Source: an uncultured Methanosarcinaceae archaeon (GTDB lineage: Archaea; Halobacteriota; Methanosarcinia; Methanosarcinales; Methanosarcinaceae). From it: 64,000 nucleotides of DNA. A program made the translations under genes and the position numbers. The stretch is from contig CAVSHT010000009.1 of the NCBI GenBank assembly GCA_963727895.1, positions 224,001 through 288,000 of the forward strand, read 5' to 3'. Shown piece by piece: positions 1 through 10,275 of the stretch (positions are counted from its first letter, which is position 1; each line of letters begins with the position of its first letter). The notes beneath the pieces are model-generated. The model searched no databases, had not been told where the DNA came from, and saw only the letters and a program-made list of their open reading frames with translations.

Positions 1-43
1 TCAAATGATTATTACATTTATTTTGAAAGATAGGAGAAATTAT

Positions 44-862
44 ATGGTAGATCAAAACCAAAAAATAGGGTTTATCGGAGCAGGAAAAATGGGCTCTGCT
101 CTTATGCAGGGAATTATAAAGGCTGGAATTGTAGAGCCTGAAAATCTTGGTGCAAGCGACGTTTATGAGCCTTTTTTAAATGAGCTAAAAGCAAAGCTGG
201 GCATTACTGTATCGACTGACAATGCGATTATTGTCCAGGCATCCGATATTCTTATTCTGGCGGTAAAACCTCAAACTCTGGGTTTGGTACTTGAAAATCT
301 TAAAGCTCAAATAACCGCCGAGAAACTTATTATTTCAATTGCAGCAGGCGTTCCTCTTTCAACTTACGAAAATGCTCTCCCCGCGGGAACAAGAGTTATA
401 CGTGTAATGCCAAACATTGCAGCTACAGTTTCCGAAGCCGCTTCAGGCATTGCTTCAGGCAAAAATGCTACTCCGAAAGACGTGAAAACCGCTCTTGAGA
501 TTTTTTCGGCGGTAGGCACTGCAGTTCAAGTTTCTGAGTATATAATGGACGCTGTTACAGGCCTTTCAGGAAGCGGCCCTGCATTCATATTTCCAGTAAT
601 TGAGGCAATGGCCGATGGAGCTGTCCTTGAAGGAATGGATAGAAAAAGTGCCCTAACTCTTTCAGCCCAAACCGTACTTGGAGCTGCGAAAATGATGCTT
701 GAAACAGGCCTGCACCCCGGAGAACTCAAGGATATGGTTACTTCTCCCGCTGGAACTACAATTCAGGGAGTTCATGCCCTTGAAGAAGCCGGAATCAGGG
801 CTGCATTTATGAATGCAGTTATAAGGGCAACCGAACGCTCAAAAGAACTTGGAAAGAAGTAA
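44..862 (+). CDS. proC: pyrroline-5-carboxylate reductase
   Basis: GFIGAGKMG Rossmann motif, RVMPN, TGLSGSGPA and VTSPAGTT motifs; GGAG RBS before ATG at 44. Confidence 0.97.
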   Translation: MVDQNQKIGFIGAGKMGSALMQGIIKAGIVEPENLGASDVYEPFLNELKAKLGITVSTDNAIIVQASDILILAVKPQTLGLVLENLKAQITAEKLIISIAAGVPLSTYENALPAGTRVIRVMPNIAATVSEAASGIASGKNATPKDVKTALEIFSAVGTAVQVSEYIMDAVTGLSGSGPAFIFPVIEAMADGAVLEGMDRKSALTLSAQTVLGAAKMMLETGLHPGELKDMVTSPAGTTIQGVHALEEAGIRAAFMNAVIRATERSKELGKK

Positions 863-1048
863 ATTCCTTTTTTCCATATATTTTTTATTTGTTTTTTAAT
901 GGACCAAAACTTATTCAACATAACGTTTCTGCATAAATAAAAGGAAAAATGTTTTTTGCTAGAAATTTATGTCCCAAAAAAGCTCTATTTTAAAAAATAT
1001 GAGGGATTAATAAAATAGATTTTGTGAAAAGAAATTTTAGACTTCAGA

Positions 1049-1737
1049 TTATTTTTTACTATTTTTTTTCAGGCATAAGAACCAGTCAAGACAGTACATA
1101 CCCTCTTCAGACTTACTAAGTCTTTCTTTTACTGTTTCCATTGAACTTGGAGCTGAGATAATGACGTCATCTCCAGGCTGCCAGTTTGCCGGAGTTGCTA
1201 CTTTTTCAGCTTCATTTTTCTGCAGGGCAGAAACAAGTCTCTTTATTTTCTGCATATTTCTTCCGGCTGATTGTGGATAATAAAGAATTGCTCTTATCTT
1301 TGACTCAGGATCTATAATAAATACAGCTCTTACAGCCTGAGTAGTTGAGGCATTTGGCTGGATCATTCCATATTTTTTTGCAACATCCATCTTTAGATCA
1401 GCGATTACCGGGAACTTGACCTCTACATTTTTCATTCCTTTGTACTCAATTTTTTCCTCAATCCTCTTACCATGCAATATGAGAGAACACACTATCGATA
1501 GAAAGCCCTATAAGCTCAGTGTTCATAACTTTGAATTCATCTTGCATACTGGCAAAAGTCAAAAATTCGGTAGTACATACAGGTGTAAAGTCTGCAGGAT
1601 GACTGAAGAGTACTACCCATTTACCCTTGTAATCATCCGGAAAATTGATTGGTCCCTGAGTCGTTATGGCTTGTAAAGGAAGGTGCATCATCCCCTATAA
1701 GAGGCATGCTTACGTGTTCACATTCGGCTTCTACCAT
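1049..1737 (-). pseudogene. peroxiredoxin (Prx6/archaeal type), two frameshifts
   Basis: [22 protein letters not shown] from ATG 1737, then [14 protein letters not shown] and RAVFIIDP...PANWQPGD...DWFLC in two further frames; shifts near 1670 and 1468. Confidence 0.9.
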
Positions 1738-2149
1738 ATTATCACCTATTTTTAAGACATTGCCGTTTTTAGGGATTATTAAAAGGTCTGGAGACGAAGT
1801 TAAACGAATAAAACTTAAAAATCATTATTATCCCTTAACCGATCCCCAAAACTAGTTTATAGATATTTTCATTCTTATTTATCAATTACGAAATAGAGGA
1901 AAAGATTTAGATTGTAATAAGAAATTTTTAATAAATATATATTGTTAGAGATTAATACCTAATAAATAATGTATTTCTTATTTTGATTTAGTTTCCCCAA
2001 TACATTTATGATATATTTTTAAAGAGCTGGTAAAGTCTTTTTTAAAAAATTCATGTTTTCTAACTTATTATTTTTAAAAAAGAAGTATTTAAAGCCCTTC
2101 TTTTAGAAAATAATTTATTCTCAGAATCCTTTCATATAGTGGGGGTTAA

Positions 2150-3163
2150 ATGAGGGAGTTTATTAGGCCAAAGGTTGCAGTTAGTAGATGCCTTGGGTTT
2201 GATCACTGCCGATATAATGGGGGCATCATAAACAGTCCGATAGTATCAAATCTCATGGAATATGTTAATTTCCTGCCTGTTTGCCCAGAAGTAGAGATGG
2301 GGCTAGGTATTCCAAGAGATCCAGTAAGAATAATTCTCAAAAATGGAAAACAGAGTCTTTTCCAGTCAGCAAGTGGCAAACAGAGTCTTATCCAGTCAGC
2401 AAGTGGCAGAGACTTAACAGAAGTTATGGAGGCATTTTGCACTGATTTTCTAGGTTCCACAGGAGAAATTGACGGTTTCATTCTAAAATACCGATCTCCT
2501 TCCTGCGGCATTAAAGATGTAAAAGTTTACCCAAATACAGCACTCAAATCAGCAGCAATTGGAAAAACTTCAGGATATTTTGGGGGGGCAGTTCTGAAGA
2601 AATTTCCGTACCTTCCTATCGAAGATGAAGGACGGCTAAGAAATAAACGCATAAAAGAACATTTCATGACCAGGCTCTTTATGATTGCAGCTTTTCGGAA
2701 AGTAAAATCCGAAGGTCGCATGAGGAATCTTATTGCATTCCATACTGAAAATAAGTATATTCTCATGGCATATAGCCAAAAAGAACTCAGAATATTAGGC
2801 ACAATTGTTGCAAATAAAGAACAAAAAGACTTTAAGGAACTGGTCTCTGAATACGAAAAACATCTTTACAGCGCCATTTCAAGAGCTCCTAGATATACTT
2901 CAACTATTAACGTGCTCATGCACGCTTTTGGTCATTTTTCAGAAAATCTCTCGAATCAGGAAAAATTGCTATTTTTTAACTGGATCCAGAAATACAGAGA
3001 AGGAAAAGTTACCCTTTGCCCTGCAATTAATACAATTAGGTCATGGGCCGTGCGCTTTGAAGACCAGTACATTACGAATCAGACTTTTTTTGAACCTTAT
3101 CCAGAAGACCTGATGGAAGTTGACTCTACAAATTCTCACCTCAGGGAAGATCTCTGGGAATGA
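2150..3163 (+). CDS. YbgA-family protein (DUF523 2-thiouracil desulfurase-like + DUF1722)
   Basis: SRCLG...CRYNG, CPEVEMGLGIPR, LKYRSPSCG, EDEGRL, FHTENKYILMA and NVLMHAFGHF motifs. Confidence 0.88.
   Translation: MREFIRPKVAVSRCLGFDHCRYNGGIINSPIVSNLMEYVNFLPVCPEVEMGLGIPRDPVRIILKNGKQSLFQSASGKQSLIQSASGRDLTEVMEAFCTDFLGSTGEIDGFILKYRSPSCGIKDVKVYPNTALKSAAIGKTSGYFGGAVLKKFPYLPIEDEGRLRNKRIKEHFMTRLFMIAAFRKVKSEGRMRNLIAFHTENKYILMAYSQKELRILGTIVANKEQKDFKELVSEYEKHLYSAISRAPRYTSTINVLMHAFGHFSENLSNQEKLLFFNWIQKYREGKVTLCPAINTIRSWAVRFEDQYITNQTFFEPYPEDLMEVDSTNSHLREDLWE
2348..2407 (+). repeat. in-frame 30-bp tandem duplication
   Basis: aaacagagtcttttccagtcagcaagtggc followed by aaacagagtcttatccagtcagcaagtggc (1 mismatch). 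Confidence 0.95.
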
Positions 3164-3200
3164 AACTCTTAAATTTGATATTCTGGATGGGGGAAATTTT

Positions 3201-4292
3201 ATGAAAATTATAACCTCTTTGCTTTATTCCTTGTTACTCACGTGTCTTATCGGATCATTTTTAACTTGGAATTGTTCTGAAACGGCAACTAATTCCAATA
3301 TAGAAGATGTTGGAGAAAACCTGATCGGAGAAGATTATTTAAATTCTAATCCATGTAATGTTTCGATTACAGATAAGTCAACTAATCCTGGAACGCTGTC
3401 TCGAACTTATTCATGGGAGTATGAAGGTCGTTGCTGGCATCTGACTCTACCCCTTGATGATAAACTTTATGAAACGTATCAGTCCAGAACCCGAAACAGG
3501 GACTATGACCTGTTTGCTTCAGATCCATACGATGATCAGTTAATCAAAGAGATTGCGAATGCTTTATTATCTCTTTCAAAAACTTACGGGTTTGAGGGGA
3601 TGCAGATTTCAGGACTTTGTATTTCTTTTGTCCAATCATTAAATTATACTTCGGATCTTGAAAGTTCAGGTTATGCTCAGTATCCTCGTTTTCCTTATGA
3701 AACTCTCTACGAAAACGGCGGAGACTGTGAAGATACTGCAATTCTTTCCGTTGCAATACTTCAAGAGATGGGCTACGATGCAGTCCTTCTGGAACTTCCT
3801 GACCATATGGCTCTTGGGATAAAATGCAGTCCTGAACAGAAAGATAAGAGTTTCGAATACGAAGGCAGCAATCATTATTATGTGGAGACCACTGGTAGTG
3901 ACTGGCAGATAGGGGAAATCCCTGACGAATATAAAGACCAGCCCATACAAGTTATTCCTGTTTACAGGAGACCCATGATTAATCTTGATTTCAATGCTCG
4001 ATGCGAATACTCAAAAAAAGAGGGAGTTGTCGATATTAACGTAAGTGTAAGAAACGTGGGTTCGGAAAAAGCTGAAAATACAACCCTTTACATTGCTCTT
4101 CAGGACGAAGATGAAACTAATGCATGGGCCGAAATTAAAAGTTCTCCAGTTACAATTGAGCCTGAAGGAGTTTACAATTACACTGCAAAAAGTCTTACTA
4201 TTCCTGCAGGGAAAAAGTTCAGGGTATATGTACAATCATCAGGGGAGAATTTGGAATATGAAAACACAACCAGCGAGTGGGCAAAGATCTGA
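3201..4292 (+). CDS. secreted/membrane-anchored transglutaminase-like protein with C-terminal CARDB/Ig-like domain
   Basis: N-terminal hydrophobic segment; GGDCEDTAIL...HMALGI...YVETT Cys-His core; VSVRNVG C-terminal motif. Confidence 0.75.
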   Translation: MKIITSLLYSLLLTCLIGSFLTWNCSETATNSNIEDVGENLIGEDYLNSNPCNVSITDKSTNPGTLSRTYSWEYEGRCWHLTLPLDDKLYETYQSRTRNRDYDLFASDPYDDQLIKEIANALLSLSKTYGFEGMQISGLCISFVQSLNYTSDLESSGYAQYPRFPYETLYENGGDCEDTAILSVAILQEMGYDAVLLELPDHMALGIKCSPEQKDKSFEYEGSNHYYVETTGSDWQIGEIPDEYKDQPIQVIPVYRRPMINLDFNARCEYSKKEGVVDINVSVRNVGSEKAENTTLYIALQDEDETNAWAEIKSSPVTIEPEGVYNYTAKSLTIPAGKKFRVYVQSSGENLEYENTTSEWAKI

Positions 4293-4395
4293 ATTTCTTC
4301 ATACTTAAAGTTACGTATAAAAGAAAATAAAAAAATATATCATTGAGTATAATTAATATATTGTAATTAAGCATTTTACAATTGGGGGCGATCAA

Positions 4396-4581
4396 ATGAA
4401 TAAACTCTATAGATCAAAAAGTAATAAGATGATCGCAGGCGTATGTGGGGGGATAGGTGAATATCTTAAGATTGATCCTACGCTTGTGAGGCTTTTATGG
4501 GTGCTCATTTCTTTAATGAGTGCTGGAGGGGGAGTAGTTGCTTATATAGTAGCATGGATTATAGTCCCACAGGAGCTTTGA
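4396..4581 (+). CDS. pspC: PspC domain protein
   Basis: KLYRS...MIAGVCGGIGEYL.IDPTLVRLLW...AYIVAWIIVP signature. Confidence 0.92.
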   Translation: MNKLYRSKSNKMIAGVCGGIGEYLKIDPTLVRLLWVLISLMSAGGGVVAYIVAWIIVPQEL

Positions 4582-4650
4582 ACCATTAAAAGCAATTGAA
4601 GTTATAAAAAGGTATGAATTTACCCAATAATATTTTCAGTAGATTTTATG

Positions 4651-4690
4651 AAATAGTTCTCCCGAAGCAATTCGGGAGATTGACTATTTT
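4651..4690. terminator. hairpin between convergent pspC and ftsY
   Basis: aaatagt-ctcccgaa/gcaa/ttcgggag-actattt inverted repeat. Confidence 0.5.
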
Positions 4691-4718
4691 CAGTTGACTA
4701 AAAGAGTATGGTTAAAAG

Positions 4719-5984
4719 TTAACCATTTTGATTGAAAAGCTGGTCTATAAACCAGTTGGGATCAAACTTTTTTAAATCATCATAACCCTGTCCTATTCCG
4801 AAAAAGAGAATGGGTTTGCCTGTGATATAGGCAATGGATATTGCAGCGCCTCCTTTGGCATCAGCATCTATTTTTGTCAGAATGGATCCGTCAATTGGTA
4901 CAGCTTCATTAAACTGTGCAGCCCTTTCAACGGCATCGTTCCCTGCGACGGCTTCATCAACAAAAATAATAAGGTCCGGAGTACTTACTCTACAGATCTT
5001 TTCCATCTGTGACATAAGGTTAAGGTTAGTATGCATGCGACCTGCTGTGTCGGAAAGCACGAAATCGATATTGTGGGCTTTTGCATACTGAACAGCGTCG
5101 TAAATAACTGCTGCAGGATCGGCTCCAGGCTGATGTTTGATCATTTTTACTCCGAGCCTATCTGCATGAATTCCAAGCTGATCGATAGCACCTGCCCTGA
5201 AAGTATCCCCTGCAGCCAGGACTACCGAGTAATCAGATTTAAGCAATCTGTGTGTCAGTTTTGAAATAGATGTTGTTTTCCCGGTTCCGTTAATTCCAAC
5301 AAAGACAATATGCACAGGTTTTTCCTTATTCTTTATGTACTCATCAAAATCGAAAGTATTAGCAGACATTACATCAAGTATGGCTGTTTTTAAGGCTTCC
5401 TCTACAATTTCTCCAGTATTGCTACCAATGTGTTTTGTAGTACCTGTGAGCTGCTTTTTTACTGATTCTACGATTGCCTCAGAAACCGAAAGAGCAAGAT
5501 CGCTTTCAAGAAGCCCCATTTCAAGTTCCCATAGAGGTTCTTCCAGGTCTTTGCTATCTAGATAGACCTCTCTATTAAAAACTAGAGCCTTTGCTTTCTG
5601 TTTGAATCCAATCTTAGAAGAAAATTTCTTAAAAAAAGGCTTTTTTTCTTCAGATGCCGTTTCTTCTTCAGGTTTGCTCTCTACTACCTTTTTACGGTCT
5701 TCCAGTTTTTTCCTGTATTCAGCCTTTTTTCGATTTTCGAGATCGATAGTTGAAGGTTTCTCCATTGCAGGTTTGATTTCTGCCTGTACAACCTCATGAC
5801 TTTCGTCTTCCAGTGGTGTTTCAAGAGCTTCTTCCTCAGGAATGGGCTCAATGTCCTCTTCAAAATCCTCTTCAGCCTCAGGCACAGGTTCAACAACCGG
5901 TTCGATAGCTACTGCCTTATCGTCAATAGTTTTGCTGAGCGCCTTTTTAAAATTTCCAAGTTTCTCTTTGAATTTGTTGAACAC
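4719..5984 (-). CDS. ftsY: SRP receptor FtsY
   Basis: acidic N-terminus; GINGTGKTT, DTFRAGA, DTAGR and TKIDADAKGG GTPase motifs; probable GTG start. Confidence 0.97.
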   Translation of the reverse strand: MFNKFKEKLGNFKKALSKTIDDKAVAIEPVVEPVPEAEEDFEEDIEPIPEEEALETPLEDESHEVVQAEIKPAMEKPSTIDLENRKKAEYRKKLEDRKKVVESKPEEETASEEKKPFFKKFSSKIGFKQKAKALVFNREVYLDSKDLEEPLWELEMGLLESDLALSVSEAIVESVKKQLTGTTKHIGSNTGEIVEEALKTAILDVMSANTFDFDEYIKNKEKPVHIVFVGINGTGKTTSISKLTHRLLKSDYSVVLAAGDTFRAGAIDQLGIHADRLGVKMIKHQPGADPAAVIYDAVQYAKAHNIDFVLSDTAGRMHTNLNLMSQMEKICRVSTPDLIIFVDEAVAGNDAVERAAQFNEAVPIDGSILTKIDADAKGGAAISIAYITGKPILFFGIGQGYDDLKKFDPNWFIDQLFNQNG

Positions 5985-6106
5985 AGAATCCCATCCCAAA
6001 AAAATCTAAAAAAAATAGATAATTAAAAAAATAAAAAATTTGTTTTCAAATAAGAGAGTTTTGAGTCCTAATCTTTATAATTAGAGTCAGATAGTGTCAG
6101 ATATCT

Positions 6107-6538
6107 TCATACCTGACCAGGTTGCTGAAGCTTTGAAGCCTCGGATTCTAAGGCTTGCATGCTCTGAAGATATTTAGTCAGTGAAGAATTCATTTGTTCA
6201 AGAATTTTAGTAAGCTGTTCTTTACGGCGGTTAAGTGTTTCAATGGAGTCATCTATTGATTTCTCTGCACTGAAACCTGCTCCGAGATCGACAATAACCT
6301 TATCTGCATTTTTTACTTCAGCGTGAACAAACGATCCAAAACCTACAGGAACCATCGTTTCAACAGTATTACCTTCTGCTGAGGCAGTCTTAAGCTCGTT
6401 AATAGTTATAATTGTCTGATCACAACTCGTAATTGAAGCCTGAACCATGTTCATCTGCTGCCTTAAGGCTTCAGCCTGTCTCTGAAGTTCCTGAAACCTG
6501 GCTGCCATATTTTTGAGATCTTCACTGACTTCTGCCAT
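6107..6538 (-). CDS. pfdA: prefoldin alpha subunit
   Basis: coiled coils flanking MVPVGFGSFV...VIVDLGAG; conserved operon position. Confidence 0.95.
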   Translation of the reverse strand: MAEVSEDLKNMAARFQELQRQAEALRQQMNMVQASITSCDQTIITINELKTASAEGNTVETMVPVGFGSFVHAEVKNADKVIVDLGAGFSAEKSIDDSIETLNRRKEQLTKILEQMNSSLTKYLQSMQALESEASKLQQPGQV

Positions 6539-6543
6539 ATCTT

Positions 6544-6720
6544 TCACTCCTCAGCAACACTTTCAATCTGGATCTGGCTCCTCTTAATACCATGCTTGCT
6601 TCCAAAGACAGAATATACCTTATCCGTTGCGTTCTTTTCATTCTGACTTTCGATCTGCTTTGTGAACTTTTCCCAGGAATTTCCTGCTTTAAATTTACCT
6701 TTAACAATAAAACTCTTCAT
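6544..6720 (-). CDS. rpl18a: 50S ribosomal protein L18Ae/LX (eL20)
   Basis: FIVKGKF...FTKQIE...[15 protein letters not shown]; lies between eif6 and pfdA. Confidence 0.93.
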   Translation of the reverse strand: MKSFIVKGKFKAGNSWEKFTKQIESQNEKNATDKVYSVFGSKHGIKRSQIQIESVAEE

Positions 6721-6770
6721 CTTGGTCACCACTCTTGCTGTAGCTCTAGTATGGAACAGATGGATTAATA

Positions 6771-7430
6771 TCACTCTATGAATCCAAGGGCTTCTTCAAT
6801 TCTCCCTAGTTCGGGTCCTGTAGTGTCTGAACCTGCCAGATAACTCTTTGAATTAGCAAGCAGACCTGAGCCGAGCATCTGAGTCCCGAAGTTCGTAGTC
6901 CCTATATTTACCGGAAGATTGAAAATCTGTTCCAGAATTTCTCTTTCAGAAGATGTTACTTTCGGGTGCACCAGAAGCCCTTTATTGGTAACAGCTCCTG
7001 CCATTCCTACATTTTTTATTCCGGCAATTGTTCCCCTATAAACTTCGACTTTCAGGGTACTGGTAATTGTCTCAATAGCTCTGTCTGACAAGTCGGGGTG
7101 AACAAGTGCTGCAAAATCATTTGCAAGTATAACGTTCCCAACTGCATTCAATCTTTCCGGAAGGATTTCAGCCTTAACCCCTGTCAGTTCTTGCATTTCC
7201 CTGGCGTCGGTTCCGTATGAAAAAAGGAAGCCGTTAGAGTTTCCTCTAGAAAGGGCTCCAATAACAACGCTTCCGTTTACAAGAGTCTCAATTACCCTTG
7301 CATCCAGCGAATCCTCAAGTATAGCACAGATCTCGGGCTTTGTCCCAGTAGGGACGAGAACAACGTTTTCTGTACAGGTCGCAAAGACACCGATCATTGG
7401 GGTGTCGTATATATCCATCGTTCGAATCAT
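6771..7430 (-). CDS. eif6: translation initiation factor aIF-6
   Basis: GNVILAND...[39 protein letters not shown]. Confidence 0.97.
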   Translation of the reverse strand: MIRTMDIYDTPMIGVFATCTENVVLVPTGTKPEICAILEDSLDARVIETLVNGSVVIGALSRGNSNGFLFSYGTDAREMQELTGVKAEILPERLNAVGNVILANDFAALVHPDLSDRAIETITSTLKVEVYRGTIAGIKNVGMAGAVTNKGLLVHPKVTSSEREILEQIFNLPVNIGTTNFGTQMLGSGLLANSKSYLAGSDTTGPELGRIEEALGFIE

Positions 7431-7462
7431 ATTCTTTGAAGCTTCGCGTTTTATGTTATATT

Positions 7463-7935
<473 letters not shown>

Positions 7936-8163
7936 TTAATTCCATTAACTTCCGGTTATATCCGATAATTAGCTGATTGTGATTTAAACCCTTGCATAAT
8001 TGAGGTTTTACCCTGCCGGATTAAACGGCAATTTTTTAAAACCATATCCAGCAAATTCTATGAGGGTATCGGTTAATCTGCAGCAATATAAGGGTTGAAT
8101 ATAACTCGATTATTGTATAAATCTTTATTCCAGAATTTTCCCCTTCCAGAAGACTTCCTGATT

Positions 8164-8781
8164 TTAAGGCACGTCTTCTCCAGGACATTTTTTTCTGGAA
8201 AGCACATGGGACTGAATATGGGATGGAAACAGTTCCTTTATTTTTTCGTCACCGTCTCTCTGCCTGATTAACTCCCTTAGCTCAGTTTCGTAATCCGCTT
8301 TAGGAGTATTCTCACTCGGTCCCTCTTCAATTTTTAGATAATGTTCTACAAGAATACTCACGGTTTTTTTGCCATATCCCTTCAAAGGGCAGAGATACTG
8401 AATTCCCAATCGGTCTTCGATACTTCGTATCTGCGAGATTGAGAGCACAGGGACTCTATCATCCCTTCTAGTTCCATCAGCAATTAGCTGAACTTCAGGA
8501 TCCAAAGCAAGAGTTTCTACAGCTTTTTCATGAATATAGTTAATAGCACTTCTTGGGAAACCCTCTTTGAGAATTTTCTCGTAAGCCTTTTCAAGAATTT
8601 CCCCTTCTAGAGAAAGAACTCTGTGTGGAAACCCCAGGTTTTTTGCAGTTTTTGCAGCCAACTCACCATTAGGAAGCAGACCAAAACTGCAGGTTACGAG
8701 TTCTACCTCAAAAAACGGTTCCATCAAAAGAGCAGAGAGAGAACTGTCTTTGCCTCCGCTAAAAAGAACTGAAATTCTCAT
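8164..8781 (-). CDS. PP-loop (QueC/asparagine synthase-like) ATPase, conserved archaeal
   Basis: LFSGGKDSSL PP-loop, DGTRRDDRVP, DYETELRE; usual neighbour of PDCD5. Confidence 0.85.
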   Translation of the reverse strand: MRISVLFSGGKDSSLSALLMEPFFEVELVTCSFGLLPNGELAAKTAKNLGFPHRVLSLEGEILEKAYEKILKEGFPRSAINYIHEKAVETLALDPEVQLIADGTRRDDRVPVLSISQIRSIEDRLGIQYLCPLKGYGKKTVSILVEHYLKIEEGPSENTPKADYETELRELIRQRDGDEKIKELFPSHIQSHVLSRKKCPGEDVP

Positions 8782-8786
8782 TGCTT

Positions 8787-9146
8787 TTAAACCCGAGTTA
8801 TAGACGTCTTACGCTTTTTTGGCTGCATCTTCATCAGGAGATTTTTAAGCTGTTCGTCGTCAATTTGAGACTGGAGCCTTCCACTCTGAGCAAGTGAGAT
8901 CAGCTGCATTTCAAGCTGTTCCCCAAGAGCCGATCTTGACATTTTTAGAGTTGTAAGACGTTCTCTAGCTTCAGGAGTCAGGATCTGCCTTAGAATGGCC
9001 TGCTTTTGAGCTTCCATCTCAGCGTTAGCCTGTTCTTGTTGGTAAGCTGCCTGGATGTCAGAAGGCTGGTTCTGTGCCTGCTGTCTTTGGATTTCTGCAA
9101 GCCGTCTCTTTCGGATTTCGTTGAGTTCGTCATCCATTGTAGACAT
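8787..9146 (-). CDS. PDCD5-family DNA-binding protein
   Basis: [12 protein letters not shown]...[14 protein letters not shown]...[10 protein letters not shown]...IDDEQLK. Confidence 0.93.
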   Translation of the reverse strand: MSTMDDELNEIRKRRLAEIQRQQAQNQPSDIQAAYQQEQANAEMEAQKQAILRQILTPEARERLTTLKMSRSALGEQLEMQLISLAQSGRLQSQIDDEQLKNLLMKMQPKKRKTSITRV

Positions 9147-9254
9147 GACAATCATCTAAAAAACCGGTTTTTCCGGAGCAATCTGAATTATGATTAATAA
9201 TATTTGTAAGGGAATCCTAAGAAATTTCTAGGTTCCCCTCCATATAGAAGTTTC

Positions 9255-9704
9255 TCAGTATTTTGCAAGTTCAGGGATCTTCTCAAGAAGCTCATTCTTG
9301 AGCTCATTGGCTGCGTTATCAAGCATGGAACGTCCCTTTGCAGATACTGTTCTTCCGTCCTTTACTTTTTGCAGGTAACCTGCAGCTTCAAGCTGCTGTA
9401 CTGCTTTTCGGGCAATCGAACCGCTACCTTTTGCTTTGTGACCTGGCTTTGATCCATTGTCCTTCTTTCCACCATATACCGATCTGAGCCTTTCAATACC
9501 TATAGGTCCATCAGTATAGATTTTCCTCAGGATCGCTGCAGTTCTGATATACCACCAATCATCATTGGTTGGAGGGAGTTCCTTATGGACTCCTGTCTTT
9601 ACGTTCTGTGCCCACTCAGGGGGAACGATATTTTCATTTTCTTCAAGTATGCCTGCAACTTTCTCGATAAACTCCATTGCAGGGACATCAAATACTGTTG
9701 TCAT
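9255..9704 (-). CDS. rps19e: 30S ribosomal protein S19e
   Basis: [29 protein letters not shown]...[14 protein letters not shown]. Confidence 0.98.
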   Translation of the reverse strand: MTTVFDVPAMEFIEKVAGILEENENIVPPEWAQNVKTGVHKELPPTNDDWWYIRTAAILRKIYTDGPIGIERLRSVYGGKKDNGSKPGHKAKGSGSIARKAVQQLEAAGYLQKVKDGRTVSAKGRSMLDNAANELKNELLEKIPELAKY

Positions 9705-9990
9705 ACTCTCCACCTTTTCTAAATTAGGTTATCTTTGCAGATCCTGAGAGAAAGTGCCGATTCTTCTCCCGGGCTGCCAAAAATTTATTTTTCCCGAAAC
9801 GAGGTAACTCTTTCTCTTTCGAGAGGTCCTTTCCGATCTTTATAGCTGGATTTGCGAACTCTTATGGTTTGGGCTTTCATGCCCGATAAGCCGGTAAACG
9901 TGATTTTAGTTTTAACTGGAAGGAGGTTGATGTATTTATCAATTACTGTGTTTGATAAAATCATATACAATCGATCAAGTGATTTATAGG

Positions 9991-10190
9991 ATGAAAAACT
10001 TCAAACTGAAAAACGATCTAATTGTATTGAATTGGCTCTTGTCAATTGACGCAAGTACCAACACTGAGCGTAATTACTTTCAAGCTATAAAAGCATTTTG
10101 CGAATTCACAAAGAACGTCAGTTGAACTTATTCGGGAAGCTGAAAATAAAAGAAAAGCTGGTCTATGTATGAGAAGTGTATTAGAATAGA
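9991..10190 (+). pseudogene. N-terminal remnant of a Methanosarcina-type site-specific (tyrosine) integrase
   Basis: manual translation MKNFKLKNDLIVLNWLLSIDASTNTERNYFQAIKAFCEFTK, then shifted VELIREAE..KAGLCMR; resembles the N-terminus of methanosarcinal integrases; truncated just before IS110. Confidence 0.55.
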
Positions 10191-10275
10191 TTTCATTATT
10201 TTCACAGTAAAAATATCATATTTCAGAATATTTCATGCTATCAATTTAGCATGAAAGTACATGAGGAAATTATCC

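Noticed and set aside
9785..9970. 61-aa ORF upstream of rps19e
   Set aside because: No family resemblance; the region is better explained as promoter plus structured leader.
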